A stretch of 64,000 nt of DNA from NCBI GenBank assembly GCA_022340885.1, contig JAJDND010000055.1:1907-65906 (forward strand), given 5' to 3'. The notes beneath the pieces were generated by a model that made no database searches, was not told the DNA's origin, and worked only from the letters and a program-made list of their open reading frames with translations. Positions 1-8,364 of the stretch are shown here, piece after piece. Position numbers and translations under genes: made by a program. Source of the stretch: Desulfobacterales bacterium (GTDB lineage Bacteria; Desulfobacterota; Desulfobacteria; Desulfobacterales; UBA11574). The number at the start of each line of letters is the position of its first letter. Within the stretch, counting starts at the first letter, position 1.

Positions 1-328
1 TTTCAGAAGTTCCGTTGATATAATGCAAAGGCCGGTATCCAAACGTTCTTGTTGTTTCTGGGTTCTTTTACTTCTTAACACGATTCTCGCACCGGTTTTG
101 TTTGTTTACTGGAAACGAAAAATTTTATTTATTGGATTTTCATGAATGAAATGATAAGAAAGGAGCATGTCCGATGACTTTGTGCCTTTTGCATCGACGG
201 TGGTCAAGGCATATAACAGTTTGGAAAGGATATAACGTCTCCTCGGGTCACAACTCGACGGGGATTAAATTTTTTAGATTTTATGTGAATGGGTGAATAT
301 TCACGATTAATTGCAAGGAGGAGATGTA

Positions 329-1114
329 ATGCTGGAAATAAAAGATTCGGTTGCGGTGATTACAGGCGGTGCCAGCGGGATTGGCCTCGCTGTTGCGAAA
401 TATTGGGTTCAACAAGGCGGAAAGGTGGTTTTAGGAGATATCGCAGAAGAAGCCTTGGCCAGGTTGGAAAAGGAAATTAAAGGTGACGTTGCCCCAGTGC
501 CTTGTAATGTGACCGTAGAGGACGACTGTGCCAAGCTGGCGGATACAGCTATCCAAAAATTTGGCAAAATTAATTTTGTGGCTCCCTTTGCCGGTATCAT
601 CATGGATGGACTGATGGTGGCTCCTGACCGAGAGACCGGGAAAGTTACAAAAAAAATGTCACTGGACCAATTTCAAAAGGTTATCGACATTAATCTGACG
701 GGTGTATTTCTAACCGTTCGCGAATGCGTGGAACGTATGATCAATCATAACTGTAAAGGGCTTGTATGCCTGGTTTCTTCCACAGGTTCTCTGGGCACCG
801 CCGGCCAGATCAACTATTCTTCATCCAAAGCAGCCATGTCGGTAATACCCAAGGTTCTCACTGCGGAATTTTTTCGACGGGGTCTTGCAGACAGAATCCG
901 CTGCGTGGCCATCGCTCCGGGCTATGTGGCCACACCTATTCTTGAGGGAATGAATCAAAAGGCTTTGGAAAAGATTTTGTCCAATGTTCCCATCGGACGA
1001 TTGGTTGATCCCATGGAAGTGGCTTCCTTGGCGGGCGAACTTTACCGAAATGAGGCGCTGGCCGGAGATGTGTTTTTTATTCATGGGGGCCTTCGTCTGG
1101 GATCCAAAGGATAA
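329..1114 (+). CDS. SDR-family 3-oxoacyl/acetoacetyl-CoA reductase (PhaB/FabG-like)
   Basis: TGGASGIG Rossmann motif and YSSSK catalytic motif. Start moved to ATG 329 after RBS AGGAGGAG. Adjacent to the thiolase. Confidence 0.85.
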   Translation: MLEIKDSVAVITGGASGIGLAVAKYWVQQGGKVVLGDIAEEALARLEKEIKGDVAPVPCNVTVEDDCAKLADTAIQKFGKINFVAPFAGIIMDGLMVAPDRETGKVTKKMSLDQFQKVIDINLTGVFLTVRECVERMINHNCKGLVCLVSSTGSLGTAGQINYSSSKAAMSVIPKVLTAEFFRRGLADRIRCVAIAPGYVATPILEGMNQKALEKILSNVPIGRLVDPMEVASLAGELYRNEALAGDVFFIHGGLRLGSKG

Positions 1115-1188
1115 CCGAATCGGACACGGATTATTTTGACTACATTGAAAAGATCATCTTAAAAATTTAAAATATAAAAGGTGAAAAA

Positions 1189-2472
1189 ATGAAAGATGTT
1201 GTTATTGTATCCGGCGCAAGAACGCCGGTGGGCGCTTTTGGCGGTGCCTTGAGCACGACGCCGGTGGTGGACCTTGGCGCGCTGGTATTGAAAGAAACGT
1301 TGAAAAAAATCGGTTTGAGACCGACGGCAACAGAAGAACTGACAAGATTCGAACCGGACCGTTTCAAAAACAGCGGCATGATCGATCTGGTGAAACAGTA
1401 TCATGACTATGATGAGTCATTACAGCCGATACAGATCGATGAAGTCATCATCGGAAACGTGGTGGGTGCCGGACAGGGGCAAAACGTGGCCCGACAATCC
1501 ATGGTCAAAGCCGGCATTCCCAAAGAAACCACCGCCTTTACCGTCAACAAAGTGTGTGCTTCGGGAATGAAGGCAGTGGCCCTGGCTGCGCAGGCAATCC
1601 GCTTTGGCGAAGCGGAGATCGTTTTAACCGGTGGAATGGAAAACATGAGTCTTATCCCATATGCGGTGCCAAGTGCCCGGTGGGGCGCCCGGATGAACAA
1701 CGCGAATATGGTCGATCTTGTGGTTTTTGATGGACTTTTTGAAATATTTTACGGATATCACATGGGGGTGACGGCTGAAAACATTGCAGCGCTCTACAAG
1801 ATTTCAAGACAGGAACAGGACGAAATCGGAGTCATCAGCCATCAACGGGCCAAAGCTGCCATTGCCCAGGGACGATTCAACGAAGAGATCGTACCGGTGG
1901 TTATCCCGCAGCGGAAAAAAGATCCCGTTGTATTCGATACAGATGAGCGGCCCATGGAAACCAGCAGGGAGAAGATGGCCAAACTGCGGCCGGCGTTTAA
2001 AACGGACGGCACTGTTACCGCCGGAAATGCCTCAGGGATCAATGATGCTGCTGCAGCGCTTTTGCTGATGTCGGATGAAAAGGCGAAGAATCTCGGTTTA
2101 ACACCTCTGGTTCGGATCAAAGACTGTGCGTCGGCCGGTGTCGATCCCGCTTATATGGGGCTCGGCCCCATACCGGCGGTTAGAAAAATCCTTCAAAAAG
2201 AAAAATTGACCATCAATGATTTTGGTGCCGTCGAACTGAACGAAGCTTTCGCCGTTCAGGCCATCGCCTGCATGAGGGAACTCGGTCTCGATATTGAAAA
2301 GACCAATCCCCTGGGAAGCGGCATCTCCATCGGTCATCCCATCGGATGTACCGGCGCGCGCATCGTTTTAACCCTGATGAATGAAATGGTCAGAAACGAT
2401 CATGCGCTGGGGCTTGCCACCCTGTGCATCGGAGGCGGTCAGGGGATGGCGACGGTTTTAGAGAGAATCTGA
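1189..2472 (+). CDS. phaA: acetyl-CoA C-acyltransferase (thiolase, PhaA-like)
   Basis: NKVCASG, NEAFA, GHPIGCTG and LCIGGGQG thiolase motifs; PHA context. Confidence 0.92.
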   Translation: MKDVVIVSGARTPVGAFGGALSTTPVVDLGALVLKETLKKIGLRPTATEELTRFEPDRFKNSGMIDLVKQYHDYDESLQPIQIDEVIIGNVVGAGQGQNVARQSMVKAGIPKETTAFTVNKVCASGMKAVALAAQAIRFGEAEIVLTGGMENMSLIPYAVPSARWGARMNNANMVDLVVFDGLFEIFYGYHMGVTAENIAALYKISRQEQDEIGVISHQRAKAAIAQGRFNEEIVPVVIPQRKKDPVVFDTDERPMETSREKMAKLRPAFKTDGTVTAGNASGINDAAAALLLMSDEKAKNLGLTPLVRIKDCASAGVDPAYMGLGPIPAVRKILQKEKLTINDFGAVELNEAFAVQAIACMRELGLDIEKTNPLGSGISIGHPIGCTGARIVLTLMNEMVRNDHALGLATLCIGGGQGMATVLERI

Positions 2473-2524
2473 CTTCCGGGATTTTCCAGTTGTTTTAAAG
2501 GGTCTTCAGAGATTGTGGGGCGCG

Positions 2525-2989
2525 TCATTTATTTTTTTTATCTTTGTCTTCCATCTTAGAGAATTGATCGAAAAAGGATTTAAAAGGTGTCAGACCGGCC
2601 ATGGTTTTTTGGGCCATGTCTGAAAAATCGAGCCCCATTTCAAGCCATTTATTAAATTGTTCATCCATGGCCTGCTTGTGCGCAAGGTAGGTTTGAATCA
2701 TTTGTTGCAGGTATTTTTCGAAAAATTCTCCGAGAACATTATCACCGTACTGAATGATCAGGTGAAGCACGGGAATGGGCAGCAGAAAATTTTTGTTTTT
2801 GGCTTCTTCCAGGATAATCTGGGTGAGAATGAAGGCCGTGACGTCTTCGCGGGTTTTTGCGTCGAGAATTTCTACACGACGGCCCTGCCTGATAAGATCC
2901 GCTACTTGGTTAAGCGTAACATATTCGCTCTTTTCCGTATCATAAAGCCGTCGGTTGGCATATTTCTTTAATTTGACTATATCCGGCAT
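2525..2989 (-). CDS. phaR: PHA synthesis regulator PhaR
   Basis: N-terminal KKYANRRLYDTEKSEYVTL and EDVTAFILTQII are typical of the PhaR DNA-binding domain. Divergent from the phasins. Confidence 0.9.
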   Translation of the reverse strand: MPDIVKLKKYANRRLYDTEKSEYVTLNQVADLIRQGRRVEILDAKTREDVTAFILTQIILEEAKNKNFLLPIPVLHLIIQYGDNVLGEFFEKYLQQMIQTYLAHKQAMDEQFNKWLEMGLDFSDMAQKTMAGLTPFKSFFDQFSKMEDKDKKNK

Positions 2990-3222
2990 ATGGCTCTCCC
3001 CTCTGGTCCGATTTGAACCGAGTGCTTCGAATGCTTAAAAAAAATTATATCCGCAATCCTTTCTTAAATATTGTATTGCAACATATTGAACATTACAAAT
3101 AATTATTACTGTATCTAAAACTCAACGATTATACGATAAATTCAATCAGTTATAGATAGTTATCGCATTTTTCCTGTCGGGAAAAACAATAAAAGAAAAA
3201 TGTTGCAGTGCAAAAAAATGTC

Positions 3223-3250
3223 TTGACAATTGTATTTTTAAGATTATAAT
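3223..3250 (+). promoter_or_regulatory. sigma70 promoter of the phasin operon
   Basis: TTGACA 3223-3228, 16 bp spacer, TATAAT 3245-3250; flanked by PhaR-box-like sites. Confidence 0.7.
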
Positions 3251-3309
3251 TCGAATAAAGGTGGCAAATTCGTACCGCACAAATAACTTTAACAGGGAGG
3301 ATTATTAAC

Positions 3310-3594
3310 ATGGATTCATCGAAGATTGCAAAACAAATGATTGATTTCCAAAAAACTATGTTTGACAACACCTACAATGCCATGGTGTTGGTTCAGGAGC
3401 AAACCGAAAGAATGGCAAATACGCTTCTCGATCAGAGCACATGGATGCCGGAAGAAGGGAGAAAAGCCATCAGGGGTTGGGTCGATGCATTTAAAAAAGG
3501 GCGCGAAGATTTCAAAAAGGGTGTGGATGATAACTTTAAACGAGTGGAAGATTTTTTCAGCGCATTTGACAAAGAGAAAAAACCCGAAGCATAA
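3310..3594 (+). CDS. putative phasin (PHA granule protein) 1
   Basis: 94-aa amphipathic helical protein with RBS AGGGAGG. Paralogous to the next ORF and divergent from phaR. Confidence 0.65.
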   Translation: MDSSKIAKQMIDFQKTMFDNTYNAMVLVQEQTERMANTLLDQSTWMPEEGRKAIRGWVDAFKKGREDFKKGVDDNFKRVEDFFSAFDKEKKPEA

Positions 3595-3612
3595 AGGAAA
3601 GGAAACAAACCG

Positions 3613-3879
3613 ATGGAACAATTTACCGCACTGAAACAAATGATTCAATTTAACAAAAGCGCTTTCAATCAGGGATATAATGCGATGGAGATGTTGTGGG
3701 AACAGAACGAAAAAATGACCCATTCTTTTTTAGATCAAGCCGAATGGCTCCCTGAGGAAAGCAAAAAGACCGTAAATGAATGGATGCGGCTTTTTAAAAA
3801 AGGTTGCGACGATTTTAAAAAGACGGCAGATCAAAATTATAATAGCATGGAAAAATTGTTTGCAGGGTCTGATAAATAA
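3613..3879 (+). CDS. putative phasin 2
   Basis: Shares KQMI.F.K..F...YNAM...EQ.E.M....LDQ..W.PEE..K....W...FKKG..DFKK with 3310-3594. Confidence 0.65.
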   Translation: MEQFTALKQMIQFNKSAFNQGYNAMEMLWEQNEKMTHSFLDQAEWLPEESKKTVNEWMRLFKKGCDDFKKTADQNYNSMEKLFAGSDK

Positions 3880-3969
3880 GGTATATATGTGGTTCATGAC
3901 TTTGGATAACATCCTGTATAAGTGGTGAACCACATCATTACTCCGGATCAAAGGAGGCAAAAAGCAAAA

Positions 3970-5526
3970 ATGATTCAGATAGACGGCAGTTCAAACGGCA
4001 TGGCGCTCAATGACATGTTGCAGAAAAACATTTCTGTATTTTCTAATCTTGTCACTGCTTCACAAAATTACCTGAGTGCTTTTTCAAGATACTCAAATGA
4101 TTTTATGATTCCCTATCTCATCGCCACAAGTTATTTCAATAATGTGGAATCGCAAAAACTTTGGACCGTATCGCCTTTCAAAAGCGTGCAATCTTACATG
4201 GAATTGTTGTCTTTTAATCTCGATCTGATCGGTCGAAGCATCGACGGGTGTTTGAAAGCAATCAACCATTCTGGAAAAATGGAGATAGAAAACGCTATTG
4301 CCGCTATGTTCAACACTTTTTTTTGTTCAGAGGGAGAAGATATCGAGGGCTTTTTGGTCCGACAGGCGAAAATGATGGACGTTATGGCCAACCAGTATCC
4401 CCAGGCTATTCAGGATATCGAATCTGAATTTGGATTTCATTTTGAGCGAGGAGACAATAAAAAGATTGTCGAAACAGACCGGTTTATTTTGTATCAGATT
4501 TTTCCGACGGACAAAAAGGTCAAGGTTAATGATAACGGGAAACCAGTCATCATTCTTCCCCCTTACGTGTTGGGTGCCAATATTTTAGCTTTTTTGCCCC
4601 ATGAGGAACGGAGTTATGCCCACGCTTACGCCAACCAGGGAATTCCCACTTATATCCGAATTTTCAAAGATATCAGTTCAAACGAAGGTGTCCAGGTGAT
4701 GACCGGCGAAGACGACACCTTGGACACACGACTGTTCTGTGAAACGGTAAAGCGAAGACACGGGAATCCGGCGACGTTGAACGGATATTGTCAAGGTGGT
4801 TTCTCGGCGGTGTGCAATCTTCTTTCCGGAAAGCTCGACGGATTGGTGGATGCGCTGATCACCTGCGTATCTCCCATGGACGGCACCCGAAGCCAGGGGC
4901 TTGCCGATTTTTTGAAAAAGCTTCCCCAACGTTTCAATGATCTACTTTATGGCACCAAAACCCTGCCCAATGGCAATAAAGTGGCAGACGGAAAACTCAT
5001 GGGATGGGTTTATAAACTCAAAAGCATCGAGGATGAATCCCCGATAGCGGTATTTTACAGAGACCTATCGATGTTCGGCCGGCAGAATGGCGATCAGGTG
5101 AAAATCAGCAAGACTGCAGCTGCAATCAATTACTGGCTGAACAATGAGCGGAATGATCTCCCTTTGGCAATTACCCAGATGAGTTTCGATTCTTATAACA
5201 TTCCGATTACCGAAGACGGGACGCTGCCGGTCAAACTGTTCGGCGAAAAACTGAATCTTAAACGACTTAAAGAAAAGGGAATCAAATGGCTCATCTGCTA
5301 CGGGGAGAATGACGACTTGGTGGAAAAGGACACGGCGCTTGCGCCTCTCGATTATATCGATGCTGAAGTTACCGCTTTTCCAAAAGGTCACGTGGCCATT
5401 GCGACGTCATGGTCTCACCCAAATTCCGCCTGTGCCCTGCACACCCGATTCGGAGACAAGAACTATCGGGGACCTGTACGATTTCAGCTCGACTTACAAA
5501 ACGAGCTTCAAGAAGAAAAATCTTAA
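3970..5526 (+). CDS. divergent PhaC-like alpha/beta hydrolase (Cys nucleophile)
   Basis: Lipase-box GYCQGG, candidate Asp in YGENDDLV and His in KGHVAIA, plus PVIILPPYV. Start uncertain (3922 or 3970). Confidence 0.65.
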   Translation: MIQIDGSSNGMALNDMLQKNISVFSNLVTASQNYLSAFSRYSNDFMIPYLIATSYFNNVESQKLWTVSPFKSVQSYMELLSFNLDLIGRSIDGCLKAINHSGKMEIENAIAAMFNTFFCSEGEDIEGFLVRQAKMMDVMANQYPQAIQDIESEFGFHFERGDNKKIVETDRFILYQIFPTDKKVKVNDNGKPVIILPPYVLGANILAFLPHEERSYAHAYANQGIPTYIRIFKDISSNEGVQVMTGEDDTLDTRLFCETVKRRHGNPATLNGYCQGGFSAVCNLLSGKLDGLVDALITCVSPMDGTRSQGLADFLKKLPQRFNDLLYGTKTLPNGNKVADGKLMGWVYKLKSIEDESPIAVFYRDLSMFGRQNGDQVKISKTAAAINYWLNNERNDLPLAITQMSFDSYNIPITEDGTLPVKLFGEKLNLKRLKEKGIKWLICYGENDDLVEKDTALAPLDYIDAEVTAFPKGHVAIATSWSHPNSACALHTRFGDKNYRGPVRFQLDLQNELQEEKS

Positions 5527-5539
5527 AGGGAGTAATATC

Positions 5540-6025
5540 ATGGATCGAAATTTTCTGGAATTTTGGGGCAATCTTCTGATTAATGCCGCAAAACAGCAGA
5601 AACAGATGGAAGATCTGGCAGAGTGGATGCAGCAGGGATTTAAAGGGGTCGATGAATGGACAGCCATGTTCAACAAATTTTACGGTATGGAGCACTTGAA
5701 AAAAAACACGCCGGCCTACATGGAATCCTGGGAAGAAGCTTCAGAACGGTTTTTTAATTCCTTTAAAGATTATCTGGATTTAATGGGCATGGTGCCCAAA
5801 AACGAACATCTGGCGCTGGTCAAAAAATATGAGGAACTAAAAGAAAAAGTTGCGGACCAGGAAGAAACCATCCACCATCTTCGGATGCTATTGGAAAAGA
5901 GAAAGGCCGAATCGCAGGACGAAATGGTTCAAGGGTTTCAGACCTTGATCGATAAACAGAGCAAGCAGTTCCAGCAAACCATGGAGGCCTTCGGCAGCTT
6001 CTTCAAAAAAGAAAATAATCCATAA
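5540..6025 (+). CDS. small PhaE-like coiled-coil protein
   Basis: ATG 5540 after RBS AAGGGAG. MGMVPKNEH..L..KYEELKEKV resembles the PhaE C-terminal LPVPT..EMDEL coil. Confidence 0.55.
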   Translation: MDRNFLEFWGNLLINAAKQQKQMEDLAEWMQQGFKGVDEWTAMFNKFYGMEHLKKNTPAYMESWEEASERFFNSFKDYLDLMGMVPKNEHLALVKKYEELKEKVADQEETIHHLRMLLEKRKAESQDEMVQGFQTLIDKQSKQFQQTMEAFGSFFKKENNP

Positions 6026-6108
6026 AGCTAATATTGTTAAGTTGTTTTGCCACACGTTTCTGTTATTTCTCCAGCTTCTTAAAGATCTCCTCTTCTAACT
6101 GCATGTCA

Positions 6109-6194
6109 TAGGAAAAATTCCCACAGAATAGGCATTCTATCTCTCAAAATGAGTCGTTTGCTTCATGGACAAAGAGACTAAAAATTATTAAATA
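6109..6194 (+). promoter_or_regulatory. phased palindrome array plus TGGACA -35 (copy 1 of 4)
   Basis: TAGGAAAAATTCCCA 6109, further sites at 6129 and 6150, TGGACA 6166. Confidence 0.6.
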
Positions 6195-6242
6195 GCACAA
6201 AAGTCTCTATTCTGCGTTGCAGCATTAAAAGGAGGCACCATA

Positions 6243-6734
6243 ATGAGTGGATATATAAAAAGGTTGGGAGAACGCAACTGCTATGAAACGCCGATTATAT
6301 GGGCGGATTTTAATACTGAAAATTATTGTCGCGGAAAAACATGTAACTGCAGCCAAAACGGCATGTGTTTTGAAACGGACAATGCCGCTAACACTGACAC
6401 GAATATTCGTATTAAAACATTAAATTACGTGCCGAATACACATGGCCCGGAAGCCTTCAGGCTTTACGAAGCGAAAGTAAAATGGTGCCAGGACCTGCCG
6501 GTTAAAGATGCACCCCGGTATGGCATCGGCGTTCAATATTTGGTCAAAAGCCAAAATATTGAAGGACCGGATTATCAATGCAGCTTGTGCGGCGACATCA
6601 TTGCTTACGGAGAAATCCAACGCATTGAAGAATTTGTGTATTTATGCGGACCTTGTTTTAAACATTATCAGTCGTTGCCGGATGGGGTACTTAAAAAAAA
6701 TGTCATGGATTTCTTGATCGGAAATGTGATCTAA
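6243..6734 (+). CDS. PilZ-domain protein with C-terminal CxxC..CxxC zinc finger
   Basis: RLGER, NCSQNG (N/DxSxxG), VKWC and YGIGVQY PilZ features, then CSLC/CGPC. RBS AAGGAGG. Confidence 0.7.
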   Translation: MSGYIKRLGERNCYETPIIWADFNTENYCRGKTCNCSQNGMCFETDNAANTDTNIRIKTLNYVPNTHGPEAFRLYEAKVKWCQDLPVKDAPRYGIGVQYLVKSQNIEGPDYQCSLCGDIIAYGEIQRIEEFVYLCGPCFKHYQSLPDGVLKKNVMDFLIGNVI

Positions 6735-6742
6735 ACGCTAAA

Positions 6743-7171
6743 TTATTTTTTGGGTGGTTTGGGAGGGCTGACCACTGCTTCCCCGGACAGAACCTGAGTA
6801 TCCTCCTGATTGACACAGACGGTTTTCAGGCGGACTCGGTTCTTTCCGTCCACGATTTCGATTACTTCCACACGGGCGGTGATCGTATCGCCGATTCGTA
6901 CCGGCGCCAAGAAATTCAGATCTTGTTTGATGTAGATGCTTCCTGTTCCGGGAAGCTTGGTTCCGATGACAGCGGAAATAAAACCTGCCGACAGCATCCC
7001 GTGGGCAATACGGGTCTTGAAAAAGGTCTTTTTCGCATACGCTTCATTCATATGCGCCGGATTGAAATCACCGGTAATTCCGGCAAACTGGTAAATATCC
7101 GATTCAGAAACCGTTTTGCTGAACTCAGCTGCATCACCGACGTTAAGTTGATCAATGGTTTTACCGATCAT
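6743..7171 (-). CDS. phaJ: MaoC-family (R)-specific enoyl-CoA hydratase
   Basis: GDFNPAH...IAHGML hydratase-2 motif; PHA context. Confidence 0.85.
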   Translation of the reverse strand: MIGKTIDQLNVGDAAEFSKTVSESDIYQFAGITGDFNPAHMNEAYAKKTFFKTRIAHGMLSAGFISAVIGTKLPGTGSIYIKQDLNFLAPVRIGDTITARVEVIEIVDGKNRVRLKTVCVNQEDTQVLSGEAVVSPPKPPKK

Positions 7172-7241
7172 TTTAAACTCCTTTCATGAATAATTTTCAT
7201 CCTAATCTATCTGAGACGGGGGAGCGCTCCCTTTTACCGAC

Positions 7242-8288
7242 TCAAAACCAAGAGCGATAACTCCATATATCTTCTTCCAAGGACTTTTTATCTTCTTGCA
7301 GGCTGAGATACATAGAAGCATTCTGAATGGCCAATCCGCCGGTATGGGCCAGAGCATTTACTAGAATAATAACATCTTCAGGATACTTCCGGGAAGCGCT
7401 GCTGAAAAGGCTCATCACGCCGATGACCTCTTCCCTGGCCTTGATAGGAACACAGAGCATTGAAATTACACCTTCTTTCAAGATCTCCTCTTTATACTGC
7501 AACCGGTTGTCCTTAGATACCTGTTCGATGATGACGGTTTCACCATTCAGTGCCTGTGCAATACTTTTTTGGATGGAGACAGGGCCTTTGTTTTGAAATT
7601 CTTCGCTCAGGCCATAGCTTGCCACAAGGTCAAGATTCCCGGTTTCATGGTTCAAAAGACGTATCAACACGCCCTTCATTCCCAGTGCTTCAGCGATTTC
7701 GGCCGTCAGTATATGCAGTACCTTTCTGATGTCCAAAGTCGAGTTGATGCTGGAGGCAAGATCGAGAAACAGCATCGAATTCTGATTAATACGTTCAAAC
7801 AACTGAGACTGTTCAATGGCGATCCCGCCTTGGTCGGCCAGCGCCGATAAAAAGTCTATTTCATCTTTAGAAAAATCTCGATGCTCTGCGGTATAAAGTG
7901 ATAAAACGCCGATGGCCTTTTCTTTGACCATGACCGGAACAGAAAGAATGGATGCAATGCCTTCGGCTTTTTTCGCTTCAAGATTTTCCAGTCGAGAGTC
8001 GGTGGTTGCATCGTAAAACGATAGATATCCTTCCTTTAACATTTCGTCGACGGTTTTCTGGGCTTTCAGGGGGCTGGCATGCAAATAGTTATCAGACAAT
8101 CCTTTCTGAGCCATTGGAACAAACATATCCTTTTCCTCATCCGCCAAAAAAAGGCATGCCGCTTTGGCTTCCATGGTGTCAATGGCGCTTCGGACAATCA
8201 GATCCAGAAGCTTTTTTTTACCCAGTGTTGTTCCAAATGCCTTGCTGATTTTGCAAAAGGTTTTAAAAAAATTATTTCTTTTGGTCAT
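7242..8288 (-). CDS. stand-alone tandem GAF domain protein
   Basis: Two internal repeats (GLS..Y/F, EGI.S.L.VP, IGV.SL, F/Y..D....AL) and no output domain. Confidence 0.85.
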   Translation of the reverse strand: MTKRNNFFKTFCKISKAFGTTLGKKKLLDLIVRSAIDTMEAKAACLFLADEEKDMFVPMAQKGLSDNYLHASPLKAQKTVDEMLKEGYLSFYDATTDSRLENLEAKKAEGIASILSVPVMVKEKAIGVLSLYTAEHRDFSKDEIDFLSALADQGGIAIEQSQLFERINQNSMLFLDLASSINSTLDIRKVLHILTAEIAEALGMKGVLIRLLNHETGNLDLVASYGLSEEFQNKGPVSIQKSIAQALNGETVIIEQVSKDNRLQYKEEILKEGVISMLCVPIKAREEVIGVMSLFSSASRKYPEDVIILVNALAHTGGLAIQNASMYLSLQEDKKSLEEDIWSYRSWF

Positions 8289-8364
8289 TGAAAGTCTCCT
8301 AACAAAGAGTTGTTTTTTTGTTGATTCTTTTTAGTTTTCAATGCAGATGCTGCTTCCTATGGGG

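Noticed and set aside
1-300. Upstream region with ATATAAC direct repeats and weak hairpins
   Set aside because: No supportable ORF or RNA family, and the context is cut by the window edge.
5309-5539. N-terminal extensions in the ORF track (also 36692, 57931, 61805)
   Set aside because: They overlap upstream genes or promoters; downstream starts with an RBS or a family-typical N-terminus fit better.
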